A DNA stretch of 64,000 nucleotides, from assembly GCA_964016885.1 (NCBI GenBank), contig OZ024740.1:3906001-3970000 (forward strand), given 5' to 3'. The position numbers and the translations under genes are program-made. The stretch comes from Eledone cirrhosa. Taxonomy: Eukaryota. The notes beneath the pieces were generated by a model. That model made no database searches, was not told the DNA's origin, and was given only the letters and a program-made list of their open reading frames with translations. Positions 42,395 to 53,324 of this stretch are shown here, piece by piece. Positions within the stretch are counted from its first letter, which is position 1. Each line of letters starts with the position of its first letter.

Positions 42395-42817
42395 ACATTT
42401 ATTTTTAAAATTACCCTAAAAATGCAAATTAATAATTTGGAAATTTTATAATGGAATTTATTGTTCTCTGAAAACACAATTGAATTGTTAAAATAGTTTA
42501 ATGTTAACTCTTAGAATTTGGTAACTAACAACACTAAACCCTGTATTGTGAAATATATGAATGGATAGTGAGAGAGAGAGAGGGGGAAAAAGAGAATTTG
42601 AGAAAGACGATGAGAGAGAGGAAGCTTTAGTTCTCTCGTTTATTTTTTTTGTAGATTAATCTGAATGAATGAGATTGAATTTACATCAAAGGTTTTGGGA
42701 GAAGTATATATATATATATATAACAATACACCTTTTTCAATGATAATGGGGATGTTGATGATAAATAAATAATAAAAACATTTCATCATCACCATTCTCA
42801 CAATTTAACAGATATAC

Positions 42818-42818
<1 letters not shown>

Positions 42819-42874
<56 letters not shown>
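42819..42874. repeat. (ATG)n microsatellite
   Basis: Directly visible. Confidence 0.97.
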
Positions 42875-42875
<1 letters not shown>

Positions 42876-43016
42876 GTGGTGATGAAGATGTTGATGAATT
42901 AAAATAGATATAAAAACAGAAATGAATATAAATATTAGAATATGAAGCTTGACTGTGTTATCTTAATAATAAGATGTGATGGTAGTGATGGTGGTGCCAG
43001 AGAGAATTTAACAATG

Positions 43017-43020
<4 letters not shown>

Positions 43021-43075
<55 letters not shown>
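43021..43075. repeat. (TG)n microsatellite
   Basis: Directly visible. Confidence 0.97.
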
Positions 43076-43077
<2 letters not shown>

Positions 43078-43353
43078 ACAAATGGGAAATATTATTTATG
43101 AGATTGCAAAGAGTTTAGTAAACATTAAAAGAGATAAATGAGATGTAATTGTTATGAAAATTATACATTTACATTTTCATTTTTGATGTTTAATACTGGC
43201 TGTAAAAATTTAATTCTTTTGTATATGGCAGATTGACAGGAGCAGTAAGAGAGCATGTGGAATAGATTGTTTGAAATGCCCAGAAGACTCCTTAGAACTA
43301 GTCAACAGCTAGATAGAACATACATGTAAATCCTGTAGATTCTACAGGTTATT

Positions 43354-43545
43354 AGGCGGTGGATTGGCAGTATCGGTAGAGGGTCGGACGCCATGCTTTC
43401 CAGCATAGTTACGTCCCTTTACGATCTGAGTTCAAATCCCGCCGAGGTTGACTTTGCCTTTCATCCTTACGGGGTCGATAAAATAAAGTACCAGTAATGC
43501 ACTGGGTAATTGCTGGCCTTGTGCCTAAAGTAGAAACAATTATTT
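43354..43545 (+). mobile_element. tRNA-derived SINE with a Meta-domain-like core, copy 2
   Basis: ggcggtggattggcag ... gagttcaaatcccgcc ... gactttgcctttcatccttacggggtcgataaaataaagtaccagt ... ggccttgtgcctaaa. Confidence 0.85.
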
Positions 43546-43696
43546 ATGTATATAATACACACGCAAGGTGTATTAAGATGACAGGTTAGCTGACAGAAAA
43601 GGTAGACTCCACTTTTAGTAGATGCACAAAACTTGTAAAAATACATTTAAATAAATTCTCTCTAATACTTGGATAAATTTTTTTTACCAAGGTGAT

Positions 43697-43897
43697 TTAA
43701 CCTTTTAGCATTTACATTGCTCTATATTTACTATTGTATTTTCATGGTAAAGGCTTTATCTCACATAATATCGAATCTACGAGATTTTGATATTATTTAT
43801 TTAACATAAGTATGAGTGGCCAGTTATGGCTGGTTTGAACAGAAAGAGGTGAGAGAATTCTGGCCTGATATGGCCAGTTTAAATGCTAAAGGGTTAA
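43697..43897. mobile_element. TTAA-flanked MITE, copy 2
   Basis: ttaa-ccttttagcattta ... taaatgctaaaggg-ttaa form terminal inverted repeats. Confidence 0.78.
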
Positions 43898-43959
43898 TTA
43901 ACTGTAGAGTCTTTTTCTCTGGTTACTTAGATTTCAGAACACCTAAGTAACTAGAGAAA

Positions 43960-44168
43960 AAGATGTTTGGAAAATATTAATGGAGCTGTTACCAGGTAAT
44001 GGGGATTCTCTCTTTTATAAAGAAGGGTAGATTGTACGATGAGTGTGTACAAAGTACAATGATACATGGTAAATTGACACAAGTCTTAGATTTAGAAGAT
44101 TTGCATAGATTAGAAAGAAATAAGGTATGCTCTGATGATGGATGTGTAATATTAGTATACATGAATGA
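43960..44168 (+). pseudogene. RTE-clade LINE reverse transcriptase C-terminal fragment
   Basis: LSFIKKGRLYDECVQSTMIHG...EDLHRLERN resembles the LSLRVKGRLY.ACVR..MLHGSETW...D..RLER pattern of RTE elements. Confidence 0.6.
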
Positions 44169-44169
44169 T

Positions 44170-44288
44170 AAGGCATTTCACAAATTAAGGCTATAGTAGA
44201 AGACACTTGCTCAAAATGCCAAAACATGGGACTGAATCTTAAAGCCTGTGGTTGAGAAGCAAATGCCTTAGCCATACAACTATGCCTA
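44170..44288 (-). mobile_element. Degenerate tRNA/CORE-type SINE 5' part
   Basis: The reverse complement reads aggcatagttgtatggctaagg...ttcagtccca...ttgagcaagtgtcttctactatagcc. Confidence 0.6.
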
Positions 44289-45062
44289 CCTTTCTGTATC
44301 ATCGTTGTGATACATGTAAGGCCAGTACCTCCAGTTGGTTTTCTTGGTGTCATACTTTATAACTGTTGTGTTTACTCTGGACCTAATGTTTTTTTTACAC
44401 CACTGAGTGCTTTATGATTGCCTCAAACAAATCAAATATTACTTGCTGTGTGACAGCTAAAACTTTGGTTTATACCTAATATAATTTATTCTCCTTGATT
44501 CATGTATATGATTGATATTGGTTTAGTTAACTTTTGTTTAAAAACACTAGTGGAGAGCTTTTGTTTTGAGACTGTGAGATTCCTTTGTTCTCACACCCGA
44601 AAATAACCACCAAAATTTAGCTAACATGACTTTCTCTTTTGAGAAAGGTCACGTGATGACAGAGACAGAATTACTAGTGTAAGTAGTATTGACTCGTCAT
44701 ATTGAAATTTGGATAAGAACAAAACCTGCAGAAGACGGGCACTCCAGTTTGATTGTGGAAGTGCACGCATGTATTACATGTGCATTATACAACTTATGTA
44801 ACTTTCAGAGGTCCCAGAAACTTATCTGAGATATTTATTGATTTTAATCAGAGATGGTCCAGGTTAGTTTAAACCTTTCTATATCTATCAAAGATATGTT
44901 ATATGTATGGCCAGTGCATTCGGTCAATTTTCTTGGTGTCATACTTTATAACTGTTTATTTTATTCTTTTAACTTTCGCTTGATTCAGTGTTTGGTGATT
45001 GCATTAAAAAAATCGAATAGTACTTGCTGTGTGACAGCTAAAACTTCGATTTATACCTAATA

Positions 45063-45898
45063 TCTATATATATAAAACTGAGGTTGTCTGTCTGTCTACT
45101 AAAACCTTCGGCACACATCTCCTCTTAAACCGTACGTTCAAATTTCGGTGAAATTGCTACACTTATAGATGAAGGTCCGGCGGAACCATCGGTCAAATAA
45201 ATTTTCAAATAAGTTCTTGTCTTTGATTATGTCATCTATCTATATATATAAAGCTGTGGTTGTCTGTCTGTCTATCGATATTTGGCACACATCTCCTCTT
45301 AGAATCTCTGACGGAATTGCACCGAAATTGCTATACTTGTACATTGAGCCCTAGCGAAGACATCGGAAAAAAAAATATTTCAAATTGACCCACCCTATGT
45401 GACGAAATCGAATCTAATGTATCGATTTTTGAGCGTAAGTGACGAGTTATTTCCCTTTGTTCTGTTTACATTGAGCGTCTACGTTCTGTTTACATTTTCT
45501 GCGTGCAAAAATTAAAAAAATTACGCTGGCTTTCTCAGCGTTTAAAATGACATTAACACAATACACGAACAGTTGTCGAGCCAGCAAAATTTTGACCTGC
45601 AAAATTCATCAGTTCGAACACTAAGCTTCCGTTTTGCTTCATTTCCATTTAAAAGCCTTTTAAAACAATATTTTTACTTGAAAACAAGTCTATTTAAAGA
45701 CTACGTAAAACAAGCAAATATTTCGTAAAAAAAAGCAAAAATTATATAAGTTTATTTAAAATATATGTATCTGTAAATTTCGTTAGGCGTGCAGACAGAC
45801 AGTCGTGCAGACAGACTTTAAGCCAAAAAAGAAACTTAACATTGTAACTTTAACACAGCTACTGAGCGACCCCGAGCAACGCCGGGCTTTACTGCTAG
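45063..45898 (+). mobile_element. Non-autonomous Helitron-like element with a second 5' end nested at 45239
   Basis: A|TC start, TCTATATATATAAA followed by (GTCT)n, 3' hairpin cccg-agcaacgc-cggg and a CTAG|T terminus. Confidence 0.75.
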
Positions 45899-46793
45899 TA
45901 TATATATAAAACTGAGGTTGTCTGTCTACTAAAACGGTCGGCACACATCTCCTCCTAAACCGTACGTTCAAATTTCGGTGAAATTGCTACACTTATAGAT
46001 GAAGGTCCGGCTGAGAGATCGGTCAAAAAAATTTTCAAATCGACCCACGCCAAGTGCAAAAATCGAATTTGTAATGTATTGATTTTTCAGTTCAAATGTA
46101 TAAATAGAGATGAGGGACGAGTTATTTCCCTTTTATGGCGTCATTCTGTCTATCTATTTAGGTTACGAATAAACGACGCGTGCAAAAGTAGAAAAATACA
46201 CGAACCACTTTCGGGCCAGGAAAATTTTAACCTGCAAAATTCATGAGTTCGAAATTTCAACATTAAGCTTCCATTTTGTTTCATTTCCATTAAAAAGTCT
46301 TTTAAAACAATATTTTTACTTGAAAACAAGCCTATTTGAATACACCGTAAAACAAGAAAATATTTTGTAAAAAAAGCATTCATCTCGAATAAAGCCTTAT
46401 GAGATTTTCATTTAGAAGCAATGATTTTAAGCGACAGACAGATAACGCATTTTTTTTTTTTTTTTTCATGTCCATCCAATTTCTTTGTTTCAAAATAGCT
46501 GATAGTTTGGTTACGCTGATGTTTTTCTCTGAGACAAGTGTTGCAGTGTTTACATTTTCGATTTTTGTTAATAGATTTTATCGCCAGCATCCTCTTTTGT
46601 TTTAACATTCGGGTTATGGTTTTGTTTTCTTAACTTCATAAGGCATACTGTTGGTTGAGGGAATATTAATCAAAAGCACCACATGAAAGTCTACACTGTA
46701 GACTCTACAGTTTTTAAGCCAAGAAAGGAACTTAACATTGTAACTTTAACACAGCTACTGAGCAGCCCCGAGCATCGCCGCGCTTTACTGGTA

Positions 46794-46794
<1 letters not shown>
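45899..46794 (+). mobile_element. Second, head-to-tail copy of the Helitron-like element
   Basis: Repeats the 5' block (aaaactgaggttgtctgtctactaaaac...gatgaaggtccggc) and the 3' block (acttaacattgtaactttaacacagctactgagc...). The terminus has decayed to GTAG|T. Confidence 0.72.
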
Positions 46795-46836
<42 letters not shown>

Positions 46837-46844
<8 letters not shown>

Positions 46845-46903
46845 TAACAGATTAAAGTTTAAGCAGCGATTCTTTGCTTAAACTTTAATCTGTTATTTTA
46901 ATA
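46837..46903. repeat. Perfect 29-bp inverted repeat with a 9-nt loop, next to (TA)n
   Basis: tattaaaataacagattaaagtttaagca-gcgattctt-tgcttaaactttaatctgttattttaata. Confidence 0.93.
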
Positions 46904-47011
46904 AATATTTGCTCTACGGTTCTTATATATCTGATATATATTTATCCTTATCGAGCCCTCTTTCGATTTTAGTCTTCAAATTTATTATTATTACTATATA
47001 TATATATATAT

Positions 47012-47122
47012 ATAGGAACAGGTATGACTCCGACGGCAGAGCTCGAGCCGTTTCGACGGCTATTTCCGAAATAGCCGTCGAAACGGCTTGAGCTCTGCCG
47101 TCGAGGTCATACCTTTTCCTAT
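47012..47122. repeat. Near-perfect 111-bp GC-rich palindrome centred on 47067
   Basis: 55-bp arms with 4 mismatches: ...gccgtttcgacggctatttc-c-gaaatagccgtcgaaacggc... Confidence 0.93.
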
Positions 47123-47226
47123 CACCCACTCTACTACCCTAAGTATTGAGTACTCTGGTGCGTTATGGTCCACCTGGTTCCTTACCACAATTCCATCGTT
47201 ATATATATATAATTAAAAAAAAAAAA

Positions 47227-49073
47227 AATAATAATAATGAAATTATTGTATAAAGTGCTCAGGTGCACTACAATTCGTCAAAGGTGATAGAATAATACAC
47301 AAATGTCAGGGAAGGGAATAGTGTATGAGTCATGGTATACATGTGTGTATGTGTATGGAGGGGAAACATTAGCTGTAGTGTTGGCGGATCTCGGGAAGCA
47401 TGGAGGCCTTAAAGGATGCAGTGTCTCAACAGCTAACAACTGATGCAGGTAGTTTGTTCCATGCTTCAGCAACTCTGAGCGTGAAAAAATGTTTCCGAAA
47501 GTCATGGGAACTGTGCTGTTTTCTGATTTTGTGGGCATGTCCACGTGTGTTAGACACATGGAAATCAAAAAGGTACTCAGGGATGTTGTTGGCAAGACGG
47601 TTAACAATTTTGTGGGTGTTTACCAAGTCAGTTGCCAGGCGTCGGAGCTTCAATGTATCCATGCCCAGGGAAGCAAGGCGCCCAGAGTATGGTAGATGCC
47701 TGATGGAGGGTATTCGCTTGGTTGCACGTCTCTGAACAGTTTCCAGGCGGTCAATGTTCTGAGCAAGATAGGGGTTCCAGACAGGTGATGCAAATTCTAA
47801 GTGTGGCCACACCATAGCCATGTACAGCCTTAAATAGATATCTGGAGAGCGGCTGACAAAGGTCTTGCTGAGTGATGTTAAGACACCCTCGGCCCTCTTG
47901 ACAATTTTAGAGACATGCTTCGTCCAACGCAAATCGCTGCTGACCGTAATGCTTCTTGATATTAGTGCTGTGGAGGGAGTATGTGGATGCTGGGTTTTTA
48001 CTCCCAAAATGCATGGTGGTGCACTTGTCCACAACTAGCTTGAGTTGCCAGTCTGAGATCCATTGTTGCATTGTGTCCAGGTCAGACTGCAAGCAAGATC
48101 TATAGTGTTCAGGATGTGTCCTTTTTATCTCAAGGTACAGCTTGATGTCATCTGCGTACTTTAGTACCGTGGCATTCTTTAATTTAGCATCTATGTCATT
48201 AATATATGCCACAAACAAAAGGGGGCCAAGAACAGATCCCTGTGGTACACCAGATGACATCTCATATGGTGAGGAATGCTGTCCCAGAACCGTGACTACC
48301 TCTCTTCAACTGAGAATGAAGGATTTCAACCAGTTAAAAAGATCATCCTTCACACCCATTGCAGAGAGTTTTGCCATAAGTCTTTTGTGTGGCACAGAAT
48401 TGAAGGCTTTCGCAAAGTCAAGGTAAACAACATCCACCCATGAGCCACCATCAGTGATCCGGGTGATGTCCTCAAGAAACTCTATAAGTTGATCACAGCA
48501 GCTGGAGTTAGGGATAAATCCAAATTGCAAGGGCCGGATAAGACTGTGAGAGCTCCAGAAGTTCTAGAGTGTTTCTCTGACACAGGATTCCATCAGTTTG
48601 GCGATGCAACTAATAAGACTGACTGGACGGTAGTTCACAGGTGATGTGCGGTCACCCTTTTTGAACAGAGGAATGACATTGGCAGTTTTCCACTGATCTG
48701 GAGTAGCACTGTTGTTCCGACAGAATTGGAAGAAGCGTGATAGCTGGTGCAGAAGGAAGTACCCAGCACGTTTGAGAAGCAGGTACGTAACACCATCAAG
48801 ACCAGGAGAGGCATGGTTGCGTTTATTTTTTAGGTGACGTCGCAGCATTGCAGGTGTAAATTCCATGGTTGTAATAGAGCCCGGTGTCATAGGTGGTGGA
48901 GATGGTACACTCTGGTCTTCAATAGTGAAAATGCCTGCATAGCATTCAGCGATGAGCTCTGCGCATTCCTTGGGGTCGTCAGTAACCTGGCTTGTGTGGG
49001 GATTGCGAAGAGGACCAACTGGAGAGTGAGGCCTCTGCTTTGACTGAACATACTTCCAGAACACCTTACTGTC
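47227..49073 (-). mobile_element. 5'-truncated CR1-clade LINE with a disrupted reverse transcriptase
   Basis: Motifs occur in order: FWKYV, SPGLDG, WKTANVIPLFKKG..NYRPVSL, QFGF, YLDFAKAFNSVPH, GVPQGSVLGPLLF, YADD, VWNPY..LETVQRRATK, FFTLRVAEAWNKLP. The frame is broken by stops and frameshifts, and there is a (TTA)n/T-rich tail. Confidence 0.93.
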
Positions 49074-49245
49074 ATATATATATATATATATATATTGGAA
49101 TAAATGCTCTGAAATAGCGATATATATGTGAATATAGACATAGAATATTCGAAAATATTCTGTATGTTTATAATAAACATTTTGAAGACCTAATCGCTAT
49201 AGAATAGAATACGTCACGTATTACAATTAGATTCTCGATAAAAGC

Positions 49246-49282
49246 CTGAAGATTTCTAACAAGAATGAAACGCGTAGATTAC
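49246..49282 (+). ncRNA. Hammerhead ribozyme core, copy 1, lacking the 5' strand of proximal helix I
   Basis: CTGAAGA-t-ttct-aaca-agaa-t-GAAA-cgc-GTA-gattac, identical to copy 2. Confidence 0.6.
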
Positions 49283-49525
49283 TTCCCTTGCTTTTATCGA
49301 GAATCTAATTGTAATACGTGACGTATTCTATTCTATAGCGATTAGGTCTTCAAAATGTTTATTATAAACATACAGAATATTTTCGAATATTCTATGTCTA
49401 TATTCACATATATATCGCTATTTCAGAGCATTTATTCCAATTTCTAATTTCTGCCGGACCGGCAACCGCTCTTTCAAACCAGTTCCTGTACACAGCTAAG
49501 TATTCTATAAGTCTCTAGCTGTGTC

Positions 49526-49614
49526 ATTCTCGATAAAAGCACTGGATATGTAGTCCTGAAGATTTCTAACAAGAATGAAACGCGTAGATTACTTCCCTTG
49601 CTTTTATCGAGAAT
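49526..49614 (+). ncRNA. Minimal type I hammerhead ribozyme, copy 2, complete; predicted cleavage after A49586
   Basis: Helix I GTAGTC/GATTAC, extended by a perfect 16-bp pair (attctcgataaaagca/tgcttttatcgagaat). Core CUGAAGA at 49556, helix II ttct/agaa, GAAA, palindromic helix III ACGCGT and a GUA triplet. Confidence 0.8.
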
Positions 49615-50108
49615 CTAATTGTAATACGTGACGTATTCTATTCTATAGCGATTAGGTCTTCAAAATGTTTATTATAAACATACAGAATATTTTCGAATAT
49701 TCTATGTCTATATTCATATATATATATATATGAAAGGTAGAGCTGTATTATCAATTCTCAAAAAAGAATAATGACAACATTGGATATTCGTGAATGTAAC
49801 AAGACCTGAAAAAAAAAAAATTAATCATTGTATATTCTCTGGGTCCTTTTGATGAAGAATTATTTAAGATATCCCACGCTAAAGGTAAAAAATATTTTTA
49901 GTGATTTATCATCACGATTGATTTTCTTTTTCTCTCTGAAGTTATGATCATAAACTCATATCTATTCTTTTGATGAAGATGTAAGATGTATTTTCCAACA
50001 ACATTTCAATAATTCGAGGTCACAGTTTATTCAAAACATTTGTAAGAGATTAAACACAATTATTTGATGAAAGAAGAATGAGTTTGCATTGATATTTTTA
50101 TGATGCGT

Positions 50109-50182
<74 letters not shown>

Positions 50183-50383
50183 TGACATAAACAACTCAAT
50201 ATATTCCATTACCAAAGGTTTCAAGAAATAGACGGTTCTTACAGAAACGTGCAGCCCGTTCATCTATATATAAATACACAGCCACATATATATATGTTTT
50301 TTTAAAATTATTATTATAGAAATGACTTTTACAGGATTAGAACTGTTTCATTCATACGAAATCATCAAGTCAGGTAAAGACAA

Positions 50384-51720
50384 TGGTGGTGGTGATAGTG
50401 GTGGTGGTGTGGTGGTGTTGGTGGTGGTGATAGTGGTGGTGGTGTTGGTGGTGGTGATAGTGGTGGTGGTGTGGTGGTGTTGGTGGTGGTGATAGTGGTG
50501 GTGGTGTGGTGGTGTTGGTGGTGGTGATAGTGGTGCTGTGTTGGTGGTGGTGGTGGTGATTGTGGTGGTGGTGTGGTGGTGGTGGTGTGGTGGTGTTGGT
50601 GGTGGTCATAGTGGTGGTGGTGTGGTGGTGTTGGTGGTGGTCATAGTGGTGGTGGTGTGGTGGTGTTGGTGGTGGTCATAGTGGTGGTGGTGTGGTTGTG
50701 TGGTGGTGGTGGTGTGGTGGTGGTGTGGTGGTGGTGGTGTGGTGGTGGTGTGGTGGTGGTGGTGTGGTGGTGGTGGTGGTGTTGGTGGTGGTGGTGCGGT
50801 GGTGGTGTGGTGGTGGTGTGGTGGTGGTGGTGTGGTGGTGTTTGTGGTGGTGACAGTGGTGGTGGTGGTGGTGGTGATAGTGGTGGTGGTGTGGTGGTGA
50901 TAGTGGTGGTGTGTTGGTGATGGTGGTGGTGACAGTGGTGGTGGTGGTGTGGTGGTGGTGTGGTGGTGTGGAGGTGGTGTGGTGGTGGTGAGGTGGTGAT
51001 AGTGGTGGTGTGTTGGTGATGGTAGTGATGATGGTGGTGGTGGTGTGGTGGTGGTGTGGTGGTGGTATGGTGGTGATGGTGGTGGTAGTGGTGGTGGTGG
51101 TGGTGATGGTGGTTGTGGTGTTGATGGTGGTGGTAGTGGTGGTGGTGGTGGTAGTGGTAGTGGTGGTGGTGGTGGTGGTTGTGGTGTTGGTGGTGGTGGT
51201 GGTGGTGGTGGTAGTAGTGATGGTGGAGGCAGTGGTGGTGGTGGTGTTGGTAGTGGTGGTGGTGGTGGTTGTGGTAGTGGTTGTGGTGTTGGTGGTGGTG
51301 GTGGTGGTAGTGGTGAATGTAGTGGTTGTGGTGTTGGTGGTGGTGGTGGTGGTAGTGGTGATGGTGGTGGTGGTAGTGGGGTGGTGATGGTGGTTGTGGT
51401 GTTGGTGGTGGTGGTGATGGTGTTGGTGAATGTAGTGGTCGTGGTGTTGGTGGTGGTGGTGGTGGTAGTGGTGATGGTGGTGGTGGTAGTGGGGTGGTGA
51501 TGGTGGTTGTGGTGTTGGTGGTGGTGGTGGTGGTGTTGGTGAATGTAGTGGTCGTGGTGTTGGTGGTGGTGGTGGTGGTAGTGGTGATGGTGGTGGTGGT
51601 AGTGGTGATGGTGGTGGTGGTGGTAGTGGGGTGGTGATGGTGGTTGTGGTGTTGGTGGTGGTGGTGGTGGTGTTGGTGAATGTAGTGGTTCTGGTGTGTG
51701 GAGGTGGATGTGACAGTGAT
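50384..51720. repeat. (GGT)n-derived compound low-complexity repeat
   Basis: Directly visible, with recurring subunits such as ggtggtggtgatagtggtggt and ggtgaatgtagtggt. Confidence 0.95.
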
Positions 51721-51761
51721 GAAGTTGGCAATTATGATGTATATATATTACAAGCATATTA

Positions 51762-52052
51762 TCTATGTATATATATAAAACTGCGGATGTCTGTGTCTGT
51801 CTGTGTGTGAGTTTGAATCCCTAAAACTCGAGAACCACCAAACCGACTGTTTTCAAACTTTACATGTGTAATACTTATGTTTCAGGGAGAATTTTCTATG
51901 CCCTAGGGACCGCATTAGGCGATTTAGCGATCTCTCTCCATAATTCTTAGTCTTTCTCTTTTTAGATATATACATACATATAACGTCGCACCCTTATAAT
52001 ATCTGTCTGTATGTCTGTATGTCTGCATTACGTCACTTCCCTGAGGATGTCT

Positions 52053-52087
<35 letters not shown>

Positions 52088-52655
52088 TTTGAATCCGAAA
52101 ACTCGAGAAGTACCCAACCGACCTTTTTCAAACTTTACATGTGTATTACTTATGTTCCAATTCCACTTTTTGATCTCCTAGGGCCTGCATTAGGTGAAAA
52201 ACTGCATTTTTGTCAGCTCTTTAGGGGATTTTTGATGCGTTACGTTAGACAGATTTCCTTGAAATTGTAACTATGTATTAGTCAGTCTCTTCTTCATACC
52301 GTGAGAAAATCCAACTTTTTTATGGCCTAGGGCCCGCATTAGATGATAAACTTCATTTTTTCAGCTTTTTAGGGCTTTTTTGAGGCGTTACGTCTAGCCG
52401 ATTTTCCCGAAATTTCAAGGCATATTATGCACATAAAAAAAAATTATTTTCTTGATCCCCTAGGGCCCGCATTAGGTGAAAACGTGTATTTTTCCTGCTT
52501 CATCGAGGAAAATCTTAAAGATTATCCAGCCATCAGAGTATTCGGTTTATTTTCTTTACATATTGTCTAGGCATGCAGTTTTACCACGATTCGGTCTGTT
52601 GACGGCCCGCGTTCCAAAATACCTTATCCCGTGCAACGCCGAGTACCACTGCTAG
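51762..52655 (+). mobile_element. Non-autonomous Helitron-like element of a second subfamily, with internal subrepeats
   Basis: A|TCTATGTATATATATAAAACTG followed by GTCT repeats, and a 3' end cccgtgcaacgccgag...gCTAG|T. The motif cctaggg.c.gcattag occurs four times internally. Confidence 0.72.
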
Positions 52656-52744
52656 TATACTATATAGAAAGGTGTGATATATATATATATATATATGACT
52701 GGCCAGTCCCTCCTCATAACAGTGCTACCCAGTTTTACGCAGTA

Positions 52745-53221
52745 AATGTGGTTGCTGTTAGGAAGGGCATCCATCTGTAGAAATCCCGGCCAAATTAATA
52801 GTTCCATCAGAACAACGTGTCGCGTGGCCAATCTGGCCAGACTTATCTCATGACATTAAACGGTGATGATGATATATAGATATGTTGCACATCTCAAGGG
52901 CCATGACACACGACTGTGACCTCTGGCGTCACGCAGTAATACGACTGTGACCTCTGGCGTCACACAGAAGACCCGACCCCCCACGGGTTCAAGCCGAAGT
53001 TGAAGCATATAGACAATATGCCCCCTCACTCTTCCACTGCAAAGTAGACGGGGAGGCGCTAGGGAAAAAAGCAGCCAGCACTCACTGTAAATGAGGTTGT
53101 GGTTAGAAAGGGCATCCAGCTGTAGAAATCAAGCCAGAATCAGTTCCTGCATGAGCAAGACAAGGTCAACCGATCAGACACTGCCAACAACAGGACAACC
53201 CGTCTAACCCATGATGATGAT
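52745..53221 (+). mobile_element. Two degenerate SINE/LINE 3'-tail fragments ending in (GAT)n
   Basis: ttag(g/a)aagggcatcca.ctgtagaaatc occurs at about 52758 and 53103, each followed about 100 bp later by gatgatgat. Confidence 0.5.
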
Positions 53222-53324
53222 ATATATATATAGGAAAAGAGTGAGGATCCCGACGGCTGTGCTTCGGCCATTTTGACATATTTTCAGATTATGAACTGTT
53301 GGTTACAACGTGCTCTAGTTGGTC

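Larger units (their letters stand above)
49095..49716 (+). mobile_element. Hammerhead-containing Penelope pLTR or retrozyme-like element: a 151-bp inverted segment followed by 1.5 tandem copies of a 310-bp unit, flanked by (TA)n
   Basis: 49095-49245 is the reverse complement of 49290-49440. 49246-49406 is repeated at 49556-49716. Each copy has a hammerhead core. Confidence 0.8.

Noticed and set aside
50370-51757. His/Pro/Thr-rich ORFs
   Set aside because: They are overlapping open frames on both strands of a GGT repeat, with no evidence of gene structure.
53231-53290. Hammerhead on the minus strand (CTGAAAA...GAAG..GTC)
   Set aside because: Core positions are mutated and helix I is unconvincing. 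At most it is a dead relic.
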